A stretch of 6,904 nt of DNA from a virus (Duplodnaviria; Heunggongvirae; Uroviricota; Caudoviricetes), in IMG/VR virus record IMGVR_UViG_2648501165_000007, positions 1 through 6,904 of that record; one strand, 5' to 3'. The notes under the pieces were generated by a model that made no database searches, was not told the DNA's origin, and worked only from the letters and a program-made list of their open reading frames with translations. Positions 5,274 through 6,904 of this stretch are shown here, in pieces. Each line of letters opens with the position of its first letter. Position 1 is the stretch's first letter. The translations under genes and the position numbers were made by a program.

Positions 5274-5828
5274 ATGGCTACTATCCCTACCCTTTCTCAC
5301 CCTGACGTAACCATCGAAAATGGTCGTGCTGTCACTACGTCTGTTGCAGTTGCAGAGTTTTTCCGCAAGCTGCATAAAAACGTCATTCAAAAAATTGAAG
5401 CTCTGGAATGTTCCTCAGAATTCACTGAGCTTAATTTTAAGCCAAGTGAATACACCGACTCAACCGGGCGCAAACTCCCTATGTACCAAATCACCAAAAA
5501 CGGCTTCGTTTTCCTGGTGATGGGCTTCACTGGCAAAAAAGCCGCTGCATTCAAAGAGGCCTACATTGCTGAGTTCGACCGCATGGAAGCAGAACTACGC
5601 CAGAATAATACCACTCCCACAAACAAAATCATTCCGGGCGATGGGCGCACTCTGGTTGTTCGCTTCGACAAATTCGGCAACGTCGAATTCACTGAAACCG
5701 TTCCTGATGACGCTCTCGTCTGTACCCTAGACACTTTCCGCCTTTATCTGGAGAAACAGGGCTGGACTCTTGTAAACCGAAGCGCAATTAAAAACATGAC
5801 CGTCGAGCAGTTGCTGAGTATTAAATAG
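5274..5828 (+). CDS. Rha-family phage regulatory protein (antirepressor-like), 184 aa
   Basis: ATG at 5274 with GAGG 9 nt upstream. Motif RAVTTSVAVAEFFRKLHKNVIQKIEAL ... YQITKNGFVFLVMGFTGKKAAAFKEAYIAEFDRME is the Rha-domain signature. The track ORF 4980..5828 carries a 98-codon N-terminal extension over a structured repeat-rich leader, judged non-coding. Confidence 0.7.
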   Translation: MATIPTLSHPDVTIENGRAVTTSVAVAEFFRKLHKNVIQKIEALECSSEFTELNFKPSEYTDSTGRKLPMYQITKNGFVFLVMGFTGKKAAAFKEAYIAEFDRMEAELRQNNTTPTNKIIPGDGRTLVVRFDKFGNVEFTETVPDDALVCTLDTFRLYLEKQGWTLVNRSAIKNMTVEQLLSIK

Positions 5829-5874
5829 TTTTCTGGAATTTTCTTAATACGACAAATTTATTAAGGAGATAATT

Positions 5875-6096
5875 ATGATTGCTCATCACTTCGGAACCGA
5901 TGAAATACCACGCCAGTGCGTGACTCCTGGCGATTATGTTCTTCATGAAGGCCGGACATATATTGCCTCGGCAAACAATATTAAAAAGCGAAAACTTTAT
6001 ATTCGTAGCCTAACTACAAAAACATGCATTACTGACTGCATGATTAAAGTCTTCCTCGGTCGTGATGGTTTACCTGTAAAGGCGGAGTCATGGTGA
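5875..6096 (+). CDS. kilR: KilR-like small protein, 73 aa (Rac prophage cell-division inhibitor family)
   Basis: Strong RBS AAGGAG 6 nt before the ATG at 5875. Length 73 aa and position immediately upstream of the ydaE/racC/recE-like genes match the Rac order kilR-ydaE-racC-recE. Sequence identity is from memory only. Confidence 0.6.
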   Translation: MIAHHFGTDEIPRQCVTPGDYVLHEGRTYIASANNIKKRKLYIRSLTTKTCITDCMIKVFLGRDGLPVKAESW

Positions 6097-6266
6097 CGAC
6101 TAAGAAAATAAAATGTGCTTACCACCTTTGCAAAAAAGACGTTGAAGAAAGCAAAACTATAGAAAGAATGCTTCACTTCATGCACGGGACTTTATCAAAA
6201 GACGAACCGAGAAAATATTGCAGTGAAGCTTGTGCCGAAAAAGACCAGATGGCACACGAACTTTAA
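6090..6266 (+). CDS. ydaE: YdaE-like small Cys4 zinc-binding protein, 58 aa (not in the ORF track)
   Basis: Manual translation from ATG 6090: [58 protein letters not shown], stop TAA 6264-6266. Cys pattern C-x4-C ... C-x3-C. The start overlaps the kilR-like stop (ATGGTGA), indicating translational coupling. GTG 6093 is an alternative start. Confidence 0.55.
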   Translation: MVTTKKIKCAYHLCKKDVEESKTIERMLHFMHGTLSKDEPRKYCSEACAEKDQMAHEL

Positions 6267-6340
6267 TTAATTGACTATTCGAAACTGAATTTATGCCAGA
6301 AATGGCAGGGATTCGCTCAACCTTAATTCAGGAGAAAAAC

Positions 6341-6616
6341 ATGATTACCAATTATGAAACCACTGTTGTAACTACCGATGACATTGTTCACGAGGTGAAT
6401 CTGGAAGGAAAGCGCATTGGCTACGTAATTAAAACAAAAAATAAAGAAACCCCATTCACTGTGGTTGATATCGATGGTCCATCAGGCAACGTAAAAACAC
6501 TTGATGAAGGTGTCACAAAAATGTGCCTGGTTCACATCGGAAAGAATCTGCCCGCAGAAAAAAAAGCCGGATTTCTGGCAACTCTGATTGCAATGAAATT
6601 AAACGGTGAAATCTGA
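6341..6616 (+). CDS. racC: RacC-like protein, 91 aa
   Basis: ATG at 6341 with AGGAG 6 nt upstream. Length (91 aa) and position directly upstream of recE match Rac racC; the sequence itself is not recognised. The track ORF 6293..6616 starts at an upstream ATG without an RBS. Confidence 0.5.
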   Translation: MITNYETTVVTTDDIVHEVNLEGKRIGYVIKTKNKETPFTVVDIDGPSGNVKTLDEGVTKMCLVHIGKNLPAEKKAGFLATLIAMKLNGEI

Positions 6617-6717
6617 AAGAAATAGCCTGCGTATGGCGCAGGCTATGAACAGTGTGTATCCGGCAAGATCATTCACTGAACAAAACGAATTTTAATCTGA
6701 GTTGAGGTTAAAAAACA

Positions 6718-6904
6718 ATGAGCACAAAACCCCTCTTCCTTTTACGGAAAGCGAAAAAATCATCCGGTGAGCCTGACGTCGTCCTGTGGGCAAGCGACGA
6801 TTTTGAATCAACCTGTGCCACTCTGGACTACCTGATCGTTAAGTCAGGTAAAAAACTGAGCAACTATTTTAAAGCTGTTGCCACGAATTTTCCTGTCGTT
6901 AATG
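6718..6904 (+). CDS. recE: exodeoxyribonuclease VIII (RecE), N-terminal 62 codons, truncated by the window end
   Basis: Translation [62 protein letters not shown] matches the remembered N-terminus of E. coli RecE with a few substitutions. The ORF is open to the end of the window. Confidence 0.7.
   Translation, partial: MSTKPLFLLRKAKKSSGEPDVVLWASDDFESTCATLDYLIVKSGKKLSNYFKAVATNFPVVN

Noticed and set aside
5320-6185. ORFs 5320..5520 (+) and 5997..6185 (-)
   Set aside because: The first is an alternative frame inside the Rha gene; the second is antisense to the kilR-like/ydaE-like pair. Neither has support.
1-6904. CRISPR array, rRNA, or insertion-sequence/transposase content
   Set aside because: No regularly spaced short direct repeats with unique spacers, no rRNA-like sequence, and no transposase-like ORF or terminal inverted repeats were seen.

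Overview
This window reads as the immunity and early region of a Rac-type lambdoid prophage from an Escherichia-like enterobacterium. All protein-family calls rest on motifs and remembered homologues; no search was possible. Minus strand, rightward early operon: Cro-like regulator, YdaT-like protein, YdaU-like replication initiator, YdaV/DnaC-like helicase loader, then two uncharacterised proteins. Plus strand, leftward operon: DicA-like repressor, intrinsic terminator, sigma70 promoter with an operator, ydaF-like small gene, a ~142-bp tandem duplication, a DicF-like sRNA, a structured leader resembling a P1 c4-type antisense module in front of an Rha-family gene, then kilR-, ydaE-, racC-like genes and the start of recE. 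Three runs of exactly 10 N (1953-1962, 4515-4524, 4841-4850) hide informative junctions. The strongest candidates for something undescribed are the c4-like module whose second target overlaps the rha ribosome-binding site, the DicF-like sRNA with a diverged 5' region, and the palindromic TGTAACGC/GCGTTACA sites across the replication initiator gene.
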